From assembly GCA_943704415.1 (NCBI GenBank), contig CALSCO010000398.1:1-64000 (forward strand): a DNA stretch of 64,000 nt, given 5' to 3'. Position numbers and translations under genes: made by a program. The first letter of the stretch is position 1. Each line of letters starts with the position of its first letter. This DNA is from Parvularia atlantis. Its lineage: Eukaryota. Positions 11,247 through 22,924 of the stretch are shown here, piece by piece. The notes under the pieces were generated by a model, which saw nothing but the letters and a program-made list of their open reading frames with translations, ran no database searches and was not told the origin of the DNA.

Positions 11247-13465
11247 ATGGAGTACATCACCGTCGCCGCGACGGAGCAGCGCATGTGCGTGGTGCAGCAC
11301 GGCGGCGGCGCGGGCGGCGGTGAGCGCTCACTCGCGCGACGACGATGCGACGCCGCCGCAGCCTGTGCTGCCAGTGCGGCGTGGTCATCGCGCCCAACGC
11401 GGCCAACATGTGCGTCGACTGCATCCGCAACGAGGTCGACATCACCGAGGGCATCCCCAAGCAGCTCACACTGTACTGGTGCAAGGCGCGCCGCCCGATG
11501 CGCACCCGCCGCGCCTGCTGACCTAACCCGGCCCACGCGACACGCACAGTTCTGCGAGCGCTACCTGCAGCCGCCAAACCAGTGGATGGCCTGCCAGCTC
11601 GAGTCGCGCGAGCTGCTCTCGCTCTGCCTCAAGAAGATGCGCGGTCTCAACAAGGTGCGGCTGATCGACGCCGGCTTTGTCTGGACCGAGCCGCACTCGA
11701 AGCGCGTAAAGGTCAAGCTGACGATCCAGAAGGAGGTGCCCTCACGGCGGCACCACCGCGCACGGGGCGCTCACGCGGTGTCGACAGGTGTTCACGTCGA
11801 CCATCCTGCAGCAGGCCTTTGTGGTCGAGTTTGTGGTCGCGAGCCAGGTCTGCGAGACGTGCCACCGCACCGAGGCCAAGGACACGTGGCGCGCGGTCGT
11901 GCAAGTGCGGCAAAAGGTGCGACTGCGCAGGCGTGCGCGCGCGTGCGGCCGCAGCGCTGACCGCGCGGGGGCGCACAGGTCTCGCACAAGCGCACGTTCT
12001 ACTACCTCGAGCAGCTCATCCTCAAGCACGGCATCCACCGCGGTACGACCAACATCCGCGAGGTGCCGGACGGGCTCGACTTTTTCTTCACGCATCGCAA
12101 CCAAGCTGTCAAGCTGAACGAGTTCCTGCAGGGCGTGGTGCCGACGCGGTGCGCGCACGGGCAGACGGGCACAAGTGCCTTGACGCGGTGGTGGCGGCAG
12201 GTCCAAGTCGTCGCAGGAGCTGGTGTCGTTTGACGAGCACACGAGCACGGCCAGCTACAAGAGCACCATCTCGACCGAGATCGTCCCCATCTGCAAGCAC
12301 GACATCGTCTGCATCCCGCAGAAGATGCGCAACGCCTTTGGCTGCACCAAGTGCGCGCCTGCGCACAACGCGACAATGCCGCGCCCGCAGCTCTCAGCTT
12401 ACCGTGCGCCGTGCACGTGCGCGCAGCCCGCTGCTCGTCTGCGACCGCATCGGCTCGTCGCTGCACTTCATCGACCCCGCGACGCTGCACGGTGCGCCGC
12501 GCACTATGCACTCATGCACCCGCACACGTCTGACAGCGCACACCAGCCGTCGAGGTCAGCACGGCCAACTACTGGCGCACGCCATTCCCGCCGCTGGCCA
12601 GCTCGAAGGAGCTGGTCGAGTACGTCGTACTCGACGTGGAGCCGCTTGGGCCGACGCGCGGGCGGGTGGGCAGCCCTATGCCGTCGCTCGGCGTTGCCTG
12701 ACACGGCTTCACGTCTCAGTACGTGCTCGCGGACGTGCAGGTGGCGCGGTTGTCGGACTTTGGCAAGAACGACGTCACGTTCTACGGGCGCACGCACCTG
12801 GGCCACCTGCTCCAGGCGGGCGACAACGCGTTCGGGTGAGCCGCCTGCGCGCGCGAGGCCGATGTGAGCCTGACACGCGGCGCCAGATACGACCTCACCG
12901 TGACCAACTTCAACAACGAGGACTTTGACAAGCTCAACCAGAAGGACCTGCCGGACGTGGTGCTAGTGAAGAAGTCGTACCCCAATCGGCGCAAGAAGCA
13001 GCGCCCGCGCGCGTGGAAGCTGCAGCGGCTGCAGAAGGCCGAGAGCGACGCGGCGGCGGCCGGGGGGCGCGCCAAGAAGGACGCGGCCAAGAGCGAGTGC
13101 GTGCAGCGGCTGAGGGCGCGCTGCCGGCGCACTCACTGCAGTGTATCGCAGCGACGACTACGAGCAGTTCCTGCGCGAGCTCGAGGAGGACAAGGAGCTG
13201 CGCTCGGCCATCAACCTGTTCAAGGGTGCGCGTTCTGTGCACAGGGCGCACCGCACGGCTCACAGATGCCCGCGCAGACGCCAGCGCCAAGGCCGCCGAC
13301 ACGATGTCGGTCGCGGGCACGGACGCCGCGCCCGAGGAGGACTTCCCCGAGGTCACGCTGGACGAGCTGCTGGACGAGATGACGCTCGACGACCGGGACG
13401 CTCCGCCGGACGACGACGATGCCGAGCTGCCGGACGACGACGACGTCGAAGGCATGGCCAGCTGA
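11247..13465 (+). CDS. NMD3: 60S ribosomal export adaptor NMD3
   Basis: ILCCQCGVVIAPNAANMCVDCIRNEVDITEGIPKQ; CERYLQPPNQW..LESRELLSLCLKK; LIDAGFVWTEPHSKRVKVKLTIQKE; HKRTFYYLEQLILKH; PDVVLVKKSY; DYEQFLRELEEDKELR. Confidence 0.97.
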
Positions 13466-13485
13466 ACAGTTTGTGTGTGCTGCGA

Positions 13486-14544
13486 ATGGTCGATCTCGCG
13501 AGCCCAACGCCCGTCGTGCACCGTGCCGCCCTCGGCGCGCGCTGGGACCTGCCCGCGTGGACGCCTACGGCGCTGCGGCGGTCGCACGGCGCGGTCGAGG
13601 TCGATGCGCGCTTCGTGGAGCGCGCGCCGGGGAGAGGACGGATCGAGGGCGACGCGACGCACGTGCGCTGCCGCCTGGACGCGCTGCTCGGCTGGATGAC
13701 CGGGGACGGCGACGGCGCCGGCGGCGACGGCGGCGTGCGGCAGCTGCAGACGCGCTTCCCGCGCGAGCGGTGGTGGGCGTACGCGTCATACCTGTACGTG
13801 AGCGAGCTGTGGCGAGACGCGGCCGACGTGCGCGCGCGCCTCGCTTGGGACGAGCTCAGCCTACCGACGCGGCACGAGAACTGCGCGACGTGGATCGGCA
13901 GCAGCCCGGGCGCATTCACGCCGTGCCACTACGACGTGTATGGTGCGTGCGCCAGCCCGAGCGCGAGAGACGCGAAGCCGACGACCGCGCCCAGGCTGTA
14001 ACGTCGCCGTGCAGCTCTACGGCCGCAAGACGTGGTGGCTGTACCCGCCGGGCGAGGGCGCGCGGCTTTACCCGACGCGCCTGCCGTACGAAGAGTCGAC
14101 CGTGTTTGCGTGCGTGCACCCGCCTGAGCCCGACCTGGCGGCCTTCCCGCGTTACGCCGGCGCGGCGCCCGTGCAGATCACCCTCGACGGTGCGCGTGCC
14201 GCTGGCAGCCGCAGGCGCTGACTCACGCGCAAACGCACCAGCGGGCGACGTGCTCTTCGTGCCGCGGCACTGGTGGCACTTTGTGGCGTGCGACGCGCCC
14301 GGTGACGTGAGCGTCTCGGTCAACCAGTGGCTCGAACTTCCAAAAGACAGCGAGGCGCGCGTGGGCGAGGCCGTGACGCGGTACCTGGTCGGGACACTGG
14401 ACCGGTCGTGCGCGGCACTGGCGCTGAACGGGCGCGCGCTGGTGGTCAACCCGGGCGAGACGCTCGGCAGCGAGGCGGACGACTGGCGGCTGCTGGCCGA
14501 CGCGCTCGGGCCGCGCGCTGCTGCGAGCAAGCGGCGGCGGCGAC

Positions 14545-14593
<49 letters not shown>

Positions 14594-14696
14594 AGATGTG
14601 GCGCGTGCCCTCGCCCATGCCGTGAGCCACCCGGCCGTGGTCGAACGCGTGGTCGAGCTCATGCGCGAGTTCCTCGTCGCCCGGCGAAAGCGATGA
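13486..14696 (+). CDS. HSPBAP1: JmjC-domain 2OG/Fe oxygenase, HSPBAP1-like
   Basis: WAYASYLY; TWIGSSPGAFTPCHYDVY|GCNVAVQLYGRKTWWLYPP; LYPTRLPYEESTVF; GDVLFVPRHWWHFV; SVSVNQWLEL..DSEARVGEAVTR. HxD...H metal triad present. Confidence 0.88.
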
Positions 14697-14712
14697 CAGC
14701 GACAACACGGGC

Positions 14713-15409
14713 TCATCGCAGACAGGCCAGGTGCACGGGCTTGTTGATGTCGTCGTCGAAGAAGCCCTCAGCGCCCTCGATGCGCTTTTTGCAGTGCGCG
14801 CACACGGCGCACTCCTGTGTCGACAGCGCGCGGGTGAGACACGCGGCCGTGAGCGCGAGTGCCGGCGCACGTTGTGCCAGCGGTGGCCCCACGCGTTGAG
14901 GTGCGAGCCGCTGATCTGCTTTCTGCGTCGTCGCGCGTCGGCCGTCGCCTCTCCGCCACAGCCGCCCAGACGCACCCACAGCCCTTGCACGAGACGTACT
15001 TGGTCGTGTCGGTGCCGCTGTTGGCGCACGTCTTGCAGCTCGGCTGGCCCGCGAGCTCAAACAGCTCCTGCGGGCGCGCGCGGCCGTGAGGATCTCGGCG
15101 GCGACCGCTGCGCACGCTGCACAGCACCTCGCTCCACAGGCCCTTGCCGCACTTGGCGCACTTGAGGCTGCGAGCGGCCGGTGCGCGTGAGCGCGCGCGA
15201 GCGTCAACAAGACGGTGCGGCACGCACCACTCGCGGTGGTAGCGGTGGCCGAGCGCCTCGAGCGTGTACGTCACGCCGGCCTTGTTGTCGGCCGTGAAGG
15301 CCTTCTTGCAGCCGAAGCACGCTGCGCAGGCGACAGCAGGCGGCGGGCCGTCAGCCGCGCACGCGTTGGGCGCGTCCCCACACTGCGTACATGTCTCTTT
15401 CGCTGCCAT
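14713..15409 (-). CDS. Small protein with two LIM domains
   Basis: CFGCKK...ALGHRYHREC|LKCAKC...GQPSCKTC and CKGC|..QISGSHLNAWGHRWHN|ECAVCAHC...KPVHLAC*. Confidence 0.85.
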
Positions 15410-15437
15410 CACGGTGTCCAGTACAATGTACGTACTC

Positions 15438-16214
15438 TTAGTATGCTTCGCTCGACGCGATCGGGTTGGCGTGCACGACGACGCTCTGGATGCGCACGGG
15501 CTGCCCCGTACACGGCCCGTCAGCACGGCCCTGCCCGCGCACAGCCAGCACAGGCCGCACCTGCACCGGCCGGTACTTGTCGTCGACCTGGAGCTTCTCG
15601 AGCGCGTCGAGCGTGTCCATGCCGTGGATGACCTTGCCGAAGACCGTGTACTTGTTGTCAAGGTGCGACTGCTTGGCGTAGGTGATGAAGAACTGCGACG
15701 CGTTTGTGTCGGGCCCGCCGTTGGCCATCGACACAATGCCGCGCGCGTTGTGCTTTGGTGCGCGGACGGGTGAGCGGATGGCTGGGCGTCGGCAGCGAGG
15801 GCGCCACCTTGAGCGTCGCGCGGAACTCGTCCGGGAACTTGCGCCCGTAGATGCTGTCGCCGCCCTTGCCCGTGTTGGTCGGGTCGCCCGTCTGGACCAT
15901 GAAGCCCTTGATGTTGCTGTGAGTCGCAAGCACGTCAGGCCATCCGCCCAGGGCGGCCGGCACGCGCGTGCGGCGCGCACCGGTTGAACATGCACCCGTC
16001 GTAGTACCCGCTGGCGCAGAGCGCGAGGAAGTTCTGCGCAGCACGGGTCAAGCGCCAATGTGCTCGTTCGCGCGGGCGACGCCTGCCTCGGCGGTGCGCG
16101 GCACGGCCTCGCAGAACACCTCGATCTTGATGTCGCCCAGGTCTGTCTTGAGCGTCACCGACTGCGCGCGCGGGGTCGTGAGCCGGGCCGGACACCACGG
16201 ACGCCACGGACCAT
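15438..16214 (-). CDS. PPIL3: Cyclophilin PPIL3 (first coding exon is the ATG alone)
   Basis: [101 protein letters not shown]. Confidence 0.93.
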
Positions 16215-16371
16215 GATCAACGGGTGCGGCGCAGCTAACTGTCAACAGCCATATCGCTCATACGCACATCGCCTTCTCCTTTGCCTGCGCCACGTCACTC
16301 GGATACGTCAGCTTGTCGTCACGCCCGGACGCACCTTTTTGCGCGGCCTGGCCCGCGTAGCCTCGCGCCTC

Positions 16372-16412
16372 GTGTGTGTGTATGTGTGTGTGTGTGTGTG
16401 TGTGTGCGTGTG
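16372..16412. repeat. (TG)n microsatellite followed by (CG)n
   Basis: Direct reading; lies between PPIL3 and the bZIP gene. Confidence 0.95.
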
Positions 16413-16618
16413 CGCGCGCGCGTGACCGTGGCCGCCGCCATTCATGTGGCGCGCCGTGCCCGCTGCGCGCTGCCCGCTGCTGTTCGCTGATGCTGGCCGC
16501 ACTTGTCTCGGCGCGGCGCAGTTTGCAACGGTCTTGCGCACTGCTGCACCGCCGCTCTGCTGCGCGCCACCGCCGTGCAGGCAGACTCACGCGCGCGCGC
16601 GTGCGGCCTAGCAGGAGG

Positions 16619-17074
16619 ATGACGGCCGCCGCCGCCGAGACCGTGCTCTCCGTCTCGAGCCCCGTCGACGAGGTTGAGAGCCCGAGCGACAAGAGGCTGA
16701 CCGAGGAGGAGAAGCGCGACAAGACGCGCCTGCGGCAGGAGAAGAACCGCGTGGCGGCCAAGCGGTGCCGCGAGCGCAAGCAGCAGTACTACCAGGACCT
16801 CGAGCGCTCGACAGAGCAGCTCAAGGACACGAACCGCGCGCTGCTGACGCAGATCGAGCTGCTCAACGCCGAGCTGAACTCGTACAAGGCCCGCGTCGAG
16901 CAGCTGCAGTCGGCCATGATCACGGCCGGCGTCGTCCTCGTGCCCGGTGCGCAGGCGGGCGCGCAGGCCGGCGCGGCGCAGAACGGCGCGGCCGTCGGCG
17001 TGCACGCGGGCGCGGGCGGGACCGGGCGCAACAGCACCGAGGACCACAGCAAGAAGCGGTCCAGGGCAGACTGA
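16619..17074 (+). CDS. bZIP transcription factor (ATF/CREB/AP-1-type basic region)
   Basis: KTRLRQEKNRVAAKRCRERKQQYYQDLERSTEQLKDTNRALLTQIELLNAELNSYKARVEQL: NxxAAxxCR basic region plus leucine heptads. Start may be preceded by UTR introns. Confidence 0.9.
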   Translation: MTAAAAETVLSVSSPVDEVESPSDKRLTEEEKRDKTRLRQEKNRVAAKRCRERKQQYYQDLERSTEQLKDTNRALLTQIELLNAELNSYKARVEQLQSAMITAGVVLVPGAQAGAQAGAAQNGAAVGVHAGAGGTGRNSTEDHSKKRSRAD

Positions 17075-17090
17075 AGGGGGGCCGCATGCT

Positions 17091-17147
<57 letters not shown>
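17091..17147. repeat. (TG)n microsatellite
   Basis: Direct reading; fills over half of the 102-nt bZIP-SDR spacer. Confidence 0.95.
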
Positions 17148-17148
<1 letters not shown>

Positions 17149-17176
17149 AGGCTCGCTGGCCAGTTGGTGCCAAGTG

Positions 17177-19584
17177 ATGGCCGACAAAGACGTGGCGACG
17201 GCGGTCGCGCCGGCCGATCCCAGCGAGCCGCGCGAGGAGGACGTGGTGGCGGCCCTGGCCGTGCGTGCGCTACGCGGGCCCTCGCATCGCGAGCCAACGT
17301 GCGCGATCAGGTGCTGCGAAAGCTCAGTCAGGCCACGCGCGAGGCGCGCCAGTCGCCCAGGTACCGCGAGCTGCGGCGCGCGCTGCAGCCGTTCGTAGAC
17401 GACCATCTGGCGCGCTTTTACCGCGGCGCGAGCTCGCCGGCCGACTACGAGCAGCGCCTCGTGCGCAGGCGCCTGGCGAGCGCGGAGCAGCAGCGCGCGA
17501 GAGGCACGTGGTGATGCAATCGCAGGCGCCGCACGCTTACGCGCCCACGTGCACGTGCACGTTGCCAGCGCTCGACCGTAACGCGACCAACTCGCGCGCG
17601 CTCCGTGCAAGCCGCCTCGAGGCCCTGCGCAAGCTGCAGACGGCCATCGGGCCAGACGGCGCTGCGCTGCCGCTCATCCCGGACGGCGCGGCTGCGTTGC
17701 CCGCGGCGCCCCTCGCCCTGCCGGCGTCGCTCGCGGCCGCGGATGCGATGGACGGCGTCGCGGGCAGCCAAAGCACCGACAGCGATACCGGGGCGGCCGC
17801 CACGGGCAGCGACGACGCGACGCTCATCCGCACGCGCGGCTGCTACGTCTGCAAGGGGCGCTACAACCGCCTGCACTTCTTCTACGACAGCCTGTGCGAG
17901 GCCTGCGCCCAGCTCAACTACCGCAAGCGCCTGCAGACGGCCGACATGCGCGGCTACATCGCGCTCGTGACGGGCGGGCGCGTCAAGATCGGCAACCAGA
18001 TCGCCCTCAAGCTGCTGCGCGCGGGCGCGACGGTCATCGTCACCACGCGCTTCCCGCACGACGCCGCGCTGCGCTTCACGCGCGAGGAGGACTTTGCGGC
18101 GTGGCGCGACCGCCTGCACGTTTACGGCGTGGATCTGCGCAACCTGCCCTCGCTCGAGCGGTGCGGTGCAAGCCCGTGCAGCTAGCCCACGTGAGACTTA
18201 CGCTTACGCGCTACAGCCTCTGTGCCACCATCAGCCAGCGCTTCCCGTATCTCGACGTGATCATCAACAATGCGTGCCAGTGCGTGCGTGCGGGGTCGCG
18301 TCGCGTGCAGCCTCAACCGAGTCGCACAGGACCGTCCGCCGCCCGCCGGTGTTCTTCAAGCACCTGATGAGCCGCGAGCTCGGTGCGAGGGGCGGCTGGC
18401 CGGCCGCGCGTGACGCTGACCTGCCGCCAGAGCACAGCGGCACGCTCACGCCCGAAGCGCGCGCCTTGCTGGACGCGCACTACGTGTCGCACCCGACGCC
18501 GGCCAGCGCGGCGATCGACTATCCGGACGCCTCAGCGCAAGTTGCGACGCCGAGCGCAGCCGTCATTGCGCCGCTGGCAGAGGTGTGTGTGCGCGCGCGC
18601 CACAGACGCCGCTCCCGGAGCGCTGATGGCACCGCGGCAGGTGCCCTCGGCGGTGCTGTCGCAGCTGCCGCTCATGGCCGAGGACACACAGACAGACGCG
18701 TCGCTGTTCCCCGTGAACGTGTACGACGTCAACCAGCAGCAGGTGGGCGGACGCGCGCGGTCCCTGCGGGCCGCTCACGCCGCGGCCCACGTCCAGCTCG
18801 ACCTGCGCCGCACCAACAGCTGGCTGCTCAAGCTCGAGGAAGTGCAGACGCCCGAGGTGGTCGAGGTGTTCTCGATCAACGCGATTGCGCCGTTTGTGCT
18901 CAACGGGCGCCTCAAGCCACTCATGCTCAAGAGCCCGCACGTGCGTCCATCCCCCCGTCGACGCAGCATGCGCACCGCTGACGGCGCACTGTGCAGACCA
19001 ACCGGTTCATCGTCAACGTGAGCGCGATGGAGGGTGCGTTTCTGCGCGCTGTGCGTGGTGTACCGCTGACGACGCTCCCGGGGGAACGCGCGCAGGCAAA
19101 TTCTACCGCCACAAGATGCCCACGCACCCGCACACCAACATGGCCAAGGCGGCGCTCAACATGATGACGCGCACGAGCGCGGCCGACTACGCCCAGTCGT
19201 GCATCTACATGACGGCGGTGCGGGCGCGGAGGGCCAGGGCGTCGCGGGCCTCATGCAGGCGTCCGCGCGCGGCAGGTCGACACGGGCTGGATCAACGACG
19301 AGAACCCACTCGAGAAGGCTCGGTGCGGTCCTAGCGATCCCGTGCGCGCTCACTGATGCGCCGCGCGATACAGCGACGCGGCCGAGAAGCACAACTTCCA
19401 GGTGCGCTCACTCGCTGCTTTGACGACGGCGTCTGTGCGTCGCTCACGCACGCGGGCGCGCCAGACGCCGATCGACGAGATTGACGCGGCCGCGCGCGTG
19501 CTCGACCCGGTCTTTTCGGGCCTGAGCGACGGTGCGCCGCTTCACGGCGTGTTTCTCAAGGACTACGTCGAGAGCGACTGGTGA
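17177..19584 (+). CDS. Atypical short-chain dehydrogenase/reductase with N-terminal CxxC...CxxC module
   Basis: [110 protein letters not shown]. Confidence 0.9.
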
Positions 19585-19802
19585 CCTCGCTGTGCGCGCC
19601 GCCGATTACATTGAGAAGAAAACACGTGCTGTCCGCACCGGGCTCAGCGGAACCCGCGCCTGCTCTCGTGGGGTCGCGGCGCGGCGCGGACGGGCGACCG
19701 TGCGCTGTGGCTTCGTGTGGCAGCAGCGCGCATGCAGCGACGCCGCGCACGTTGTGGCAGACTGGCGGCGCAACGCACGCGCGCACACAGCAGGCGTCGG
19801 GG

Positions 19803-20776
19803 ATGTCACGGACGATCGAGCCCTTCCCCGGGTGCAGCCTATGCGACAAACTCTGGCGGGACGCCAAGTACGGCCCGCTCCAGAACCACTACGACGCCCA
19901 CCACGTCTACCACGAGCAGCAGGGGCCTTTGCCTGAGCCGCTCCCGGCCGAGCTGATGGGCGAGATCGAGGACGAGTTGACGACCGCATCACACAAGTAC
20001 AAGCGCCCGCGCACCGCCAACGCGAGAACGGCACCACGCTGTCGAAGACCGCCCTCGTCCGCGCCGACGCGTGGGCCGTGCTGCGGGAACGCTTCTTGCG
20101 CGACCCGACGTTCGCGCAGCAGATACACTGGCCGTACGAGGCGCCGACGGCCGCGACGGGCTTCGCCGAGCCGTGCAGGTCGCGCGCGACGTCGTGCGGC
20201 GTGAGCACCTCGCTCACCTAGTGCCCGACGCAGCGAGCGACGGCGACGACGCGCAGGACGAGAGGGCGGAGGAGGACGACAGCGAGAGGGAGAAGAAGGA
20301 CCAGGGCCCCGAGCAGAACCGCATCGTAAGCCAGCAGCTGGACCATGACGACCATTGATCTGCTTGCGATCGACCGTCGCCGAGTGCGCGAGCCGGTGAA
20401 GCACACGGAGCTGCTGCGCGGCACCACCGTGACGGTCAGCCGCACGTTGCGTCTGATGAAGCGCGAGCTGGTCCACGCGGCCGTCAAGTTCCATGGCTCT
20501 CCCCGGCACGATGATGTCGAGGTCGACGCGGGCGCTCAGGGGCAGCGGTGTGCGCGACTGATCGCGCTCTTCCGCTGCAACGACGGCCGCGACCTGGCCC
20601 TAGTGCGGTGGTTCGAAGTCGACACGCCCAGCACCGCGGGCCGGCACAAGTGGCTGCGCGAGGGCGAGCGCTGCGTGATCCTTACCGACTCGATCGTGCG
20701 CCGCATCCACATCGTCCACCTGGGCAATGGCAAGTTTGTGCTGAACCCGTTGGCATACAAACTGCCTGTACGCTAG
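19803..20776 (+). mobile_element. Degenerate Plavaka-like transposase relic (C2H2-like finger, fragments in several frames, C-terminal beta-rich domain)
   Basis: MSRTIEPFPGCSLC...LQNHYDAHH; frame switch to DAWAVLRERFLRDPTFAQQIHWPYE; QVARDVVRREHL; then AAVKFHGSPRHDDVEV..ARLIALF..LALVRWFE..VILTDSIVRRIHIV..KFVLNP. This resembles the C-terminus of Plavaka-type transposases; no catalytic core is visible. Confidence 0.55.
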
Positions 20777-20968
20777 TCAATGCCGTGCTGTTCTGCACCA
20801 GCCGGGCGCACGCACCAGGAAGTGGAGGGAGAGGCCGGCCGCGCTCGGATCACAAGGCCAGCAGCGTGCGCTGCAGGTCGAGGCCGAGCATTTCGAAGGC
20901 GTGCTTGAGGCGCTCGGGGCCGTGCAGCACCATCTCGCAGTAGAGCACGCGTATACGAATGAGGAGGC

Positions 20969-22324
20969 TCAACTGGCCGCCACAGCGACATCAAATAGGC
21001 TCACGGCGCCATCAAGGCGGCTCGCGTAGAACGACGGCGGCGCGCCGATGCGCGGGTTCCATACAAAGTCGTTGTAGTGCTCGCGGTCCGGCACCGCCGC
21101 GGCGTTGACAAAGTGCATGTCGGCCGGGTTGGCGCAGAGCACGCCGCTCGTGAGCGTGGCCGCGGCGAGCAAGTCGCGCTCGGGGCTGAGGCGCAGGCTG
21201 AGGATGGCGCTGTCGTCGATGGCAAAGGTCGCAAAGACGGCGGCCGTGTTGCGCACGTCCCACACCTCGATGCGCCCGTTCGCGCTGCCCAACATCTGCG
21301 CACTTCACACTGAGTCTCGCGTGCGCGCCGCAGCCGGCGATGGTGCCGCGCGCACCACCAGCGACGAGCTCAGCGCTTCAATCGCCGTCACGGTAAGCGT
21401 CGACGGCCCCGCGCCCGCGACCGTGTGGAACTGCGCGGCCGGCGCCCCGCCCCGGTTGCGCACGTCCCACAGGCACACGTTCCCTGCGCGAGCGCTGTTG
21501 GTGCGTGTGTGCGCACGCAGCCATCGGCCAGCACCACGTGCCCTGCTTGTCGCCGCTCGCGAGGGCGCCCTGCGGCGCGAGCCAGCGCACGCAGCTGATC
21601 GGGACGCCGTGCGTGCCGACGGGCACTGTGGTGCCGTCGGCCGTCGGCTGCAGCAGCATCAGGCGCGCCGCCATGCTCGCGGCCACGAGCCCGGGAGACA
21701 GCTCGCCCAGCGCCACCAGCTGCCGCGCGCGGTGAATGCTAGCCAGAGTGAGAAGTGGCGGCAGCGGGCGGCACCTGGCTCACGCCGATGACGGGCAGCG
21801 GCGCGTCGAGGCGCATGTCGGGCTCGCTGCCGGCGCGCGCGAATAGCCGCACGAGGCGCAGGCTGCCGCGCGACGACAGCAGCACCGGCCCGGCCGGTCC
21901 GAGCGCGCAGCCGCTGACGGGCGGCTCGGCGAGGCTGTGCGAGGCGACGATGCGGAGCGGCTGGGCGTCGGTCGTGCACTGCCACATGTTGAGTGTGCGG
22001 GTCGAGGCTGTGAGGAGCGTGCCGCGCGAGGCCGCGCCGCCGTCGTCCACGTTGGGCGCGTGCGCGAGCTGCAGCAGCTCTGAGCCACGGGGCCGGGCGT
22101 TGCGCACGCCCACGCACCACCGTGACCACGGCGCCCTCGTGGCTGCGCGCGTCGGTCGTCGCGCGGGCCGTCACGGCACCCACCGACCCGCGCTTCCGCA
22201 GCCGTCGCGCGCGGCCGGCCCCGGTGCCGCCTTCGTTGCGCGCCGTGTCGCGCAGCAGCGCCAGCGCGGCGCGGGTCTCGTCGTGGCGCAGGCGCACGTC
22301 GACCGCCAGAACCTTGATGACCAT
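20969..22324 (-). CDS. WD40-repeat protein
   Basis: HEGAVVTV; LLTASTRTLNMWQ; THGVPISCVRW..LASGDKQ|GNVCLWDVR; LGSANGRIEVWDVR; SAILSLRLSP; SRLDGAVSLFD. Confidence 0.8.
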
Positions 22325-22924
22325 CCGCGGCCACGCTGGGTGCGGGATGATTGCGTTGCTGATTGCGCTGCCTCGGTCGGAAAGAGTTTTCTCGTTTTTC
22401 ACGCTGCCTGCCCTCTCACGCCACCGCGCGCTGCCCCGGCGCCGCCACCGCGCCTCGCCCCCAATATCCGCGCTGCGCCGGCGACAGGCATGCACGCGCC
22501 CCGCGGCGGCGACCGGCAGCGGCCCCGGTCTGCGGTCGCGCCGGCGTCGCTGGTGGGGTGAGCCGCTGCTCGTTTCGTCGTCGCGATTTTCGCGGTCGAG
22601 GCCTCCTCCGGTCGCCCCCTCCCCTGGCCCCCTCTCCCGCTTGCGCGCGCGCCAGTGCTGTCTGTGGCCCCGCGCCTCTCCGTCTTTCCTGGTGCCTGAG
22701 GGGCCTGCCGCCGCGGCTGCGCACACCTCGGCGACTGGGGGAATCCGCGCCCGTTCACCCGAGAGGCGGCAATAACACCGGGCGCAAGGGCTCTCTCGCA
22801 ACGTTTTCCGCAGGCGCGCGAGGAGACCGGGACCGGGCTCGGCGGGCGGCGTGGGGGCGCGAGAGCGAGCGAGCGAGCGAGCGAGAGGGGCGAGAGGGCG
22901 AAGACGACGACGACGAACGACAGC

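Noticed and set aside
14547..14591. (GAC)n runs here and at about 39585-39618, and a C homopolymer at about 56047-56066
   Set aside because: Simple poly-Asp coding tracts and an intronic homopolymer; no further structure.
20849..20933. Short minus-strand frame MVLHGPERLKHAFEMLGLDLQRTLLAL downstream of the WD40 gene
   Set aside because: Too short, with no recognisable motif; probably 3' UTR or transposon-adjacent debris.
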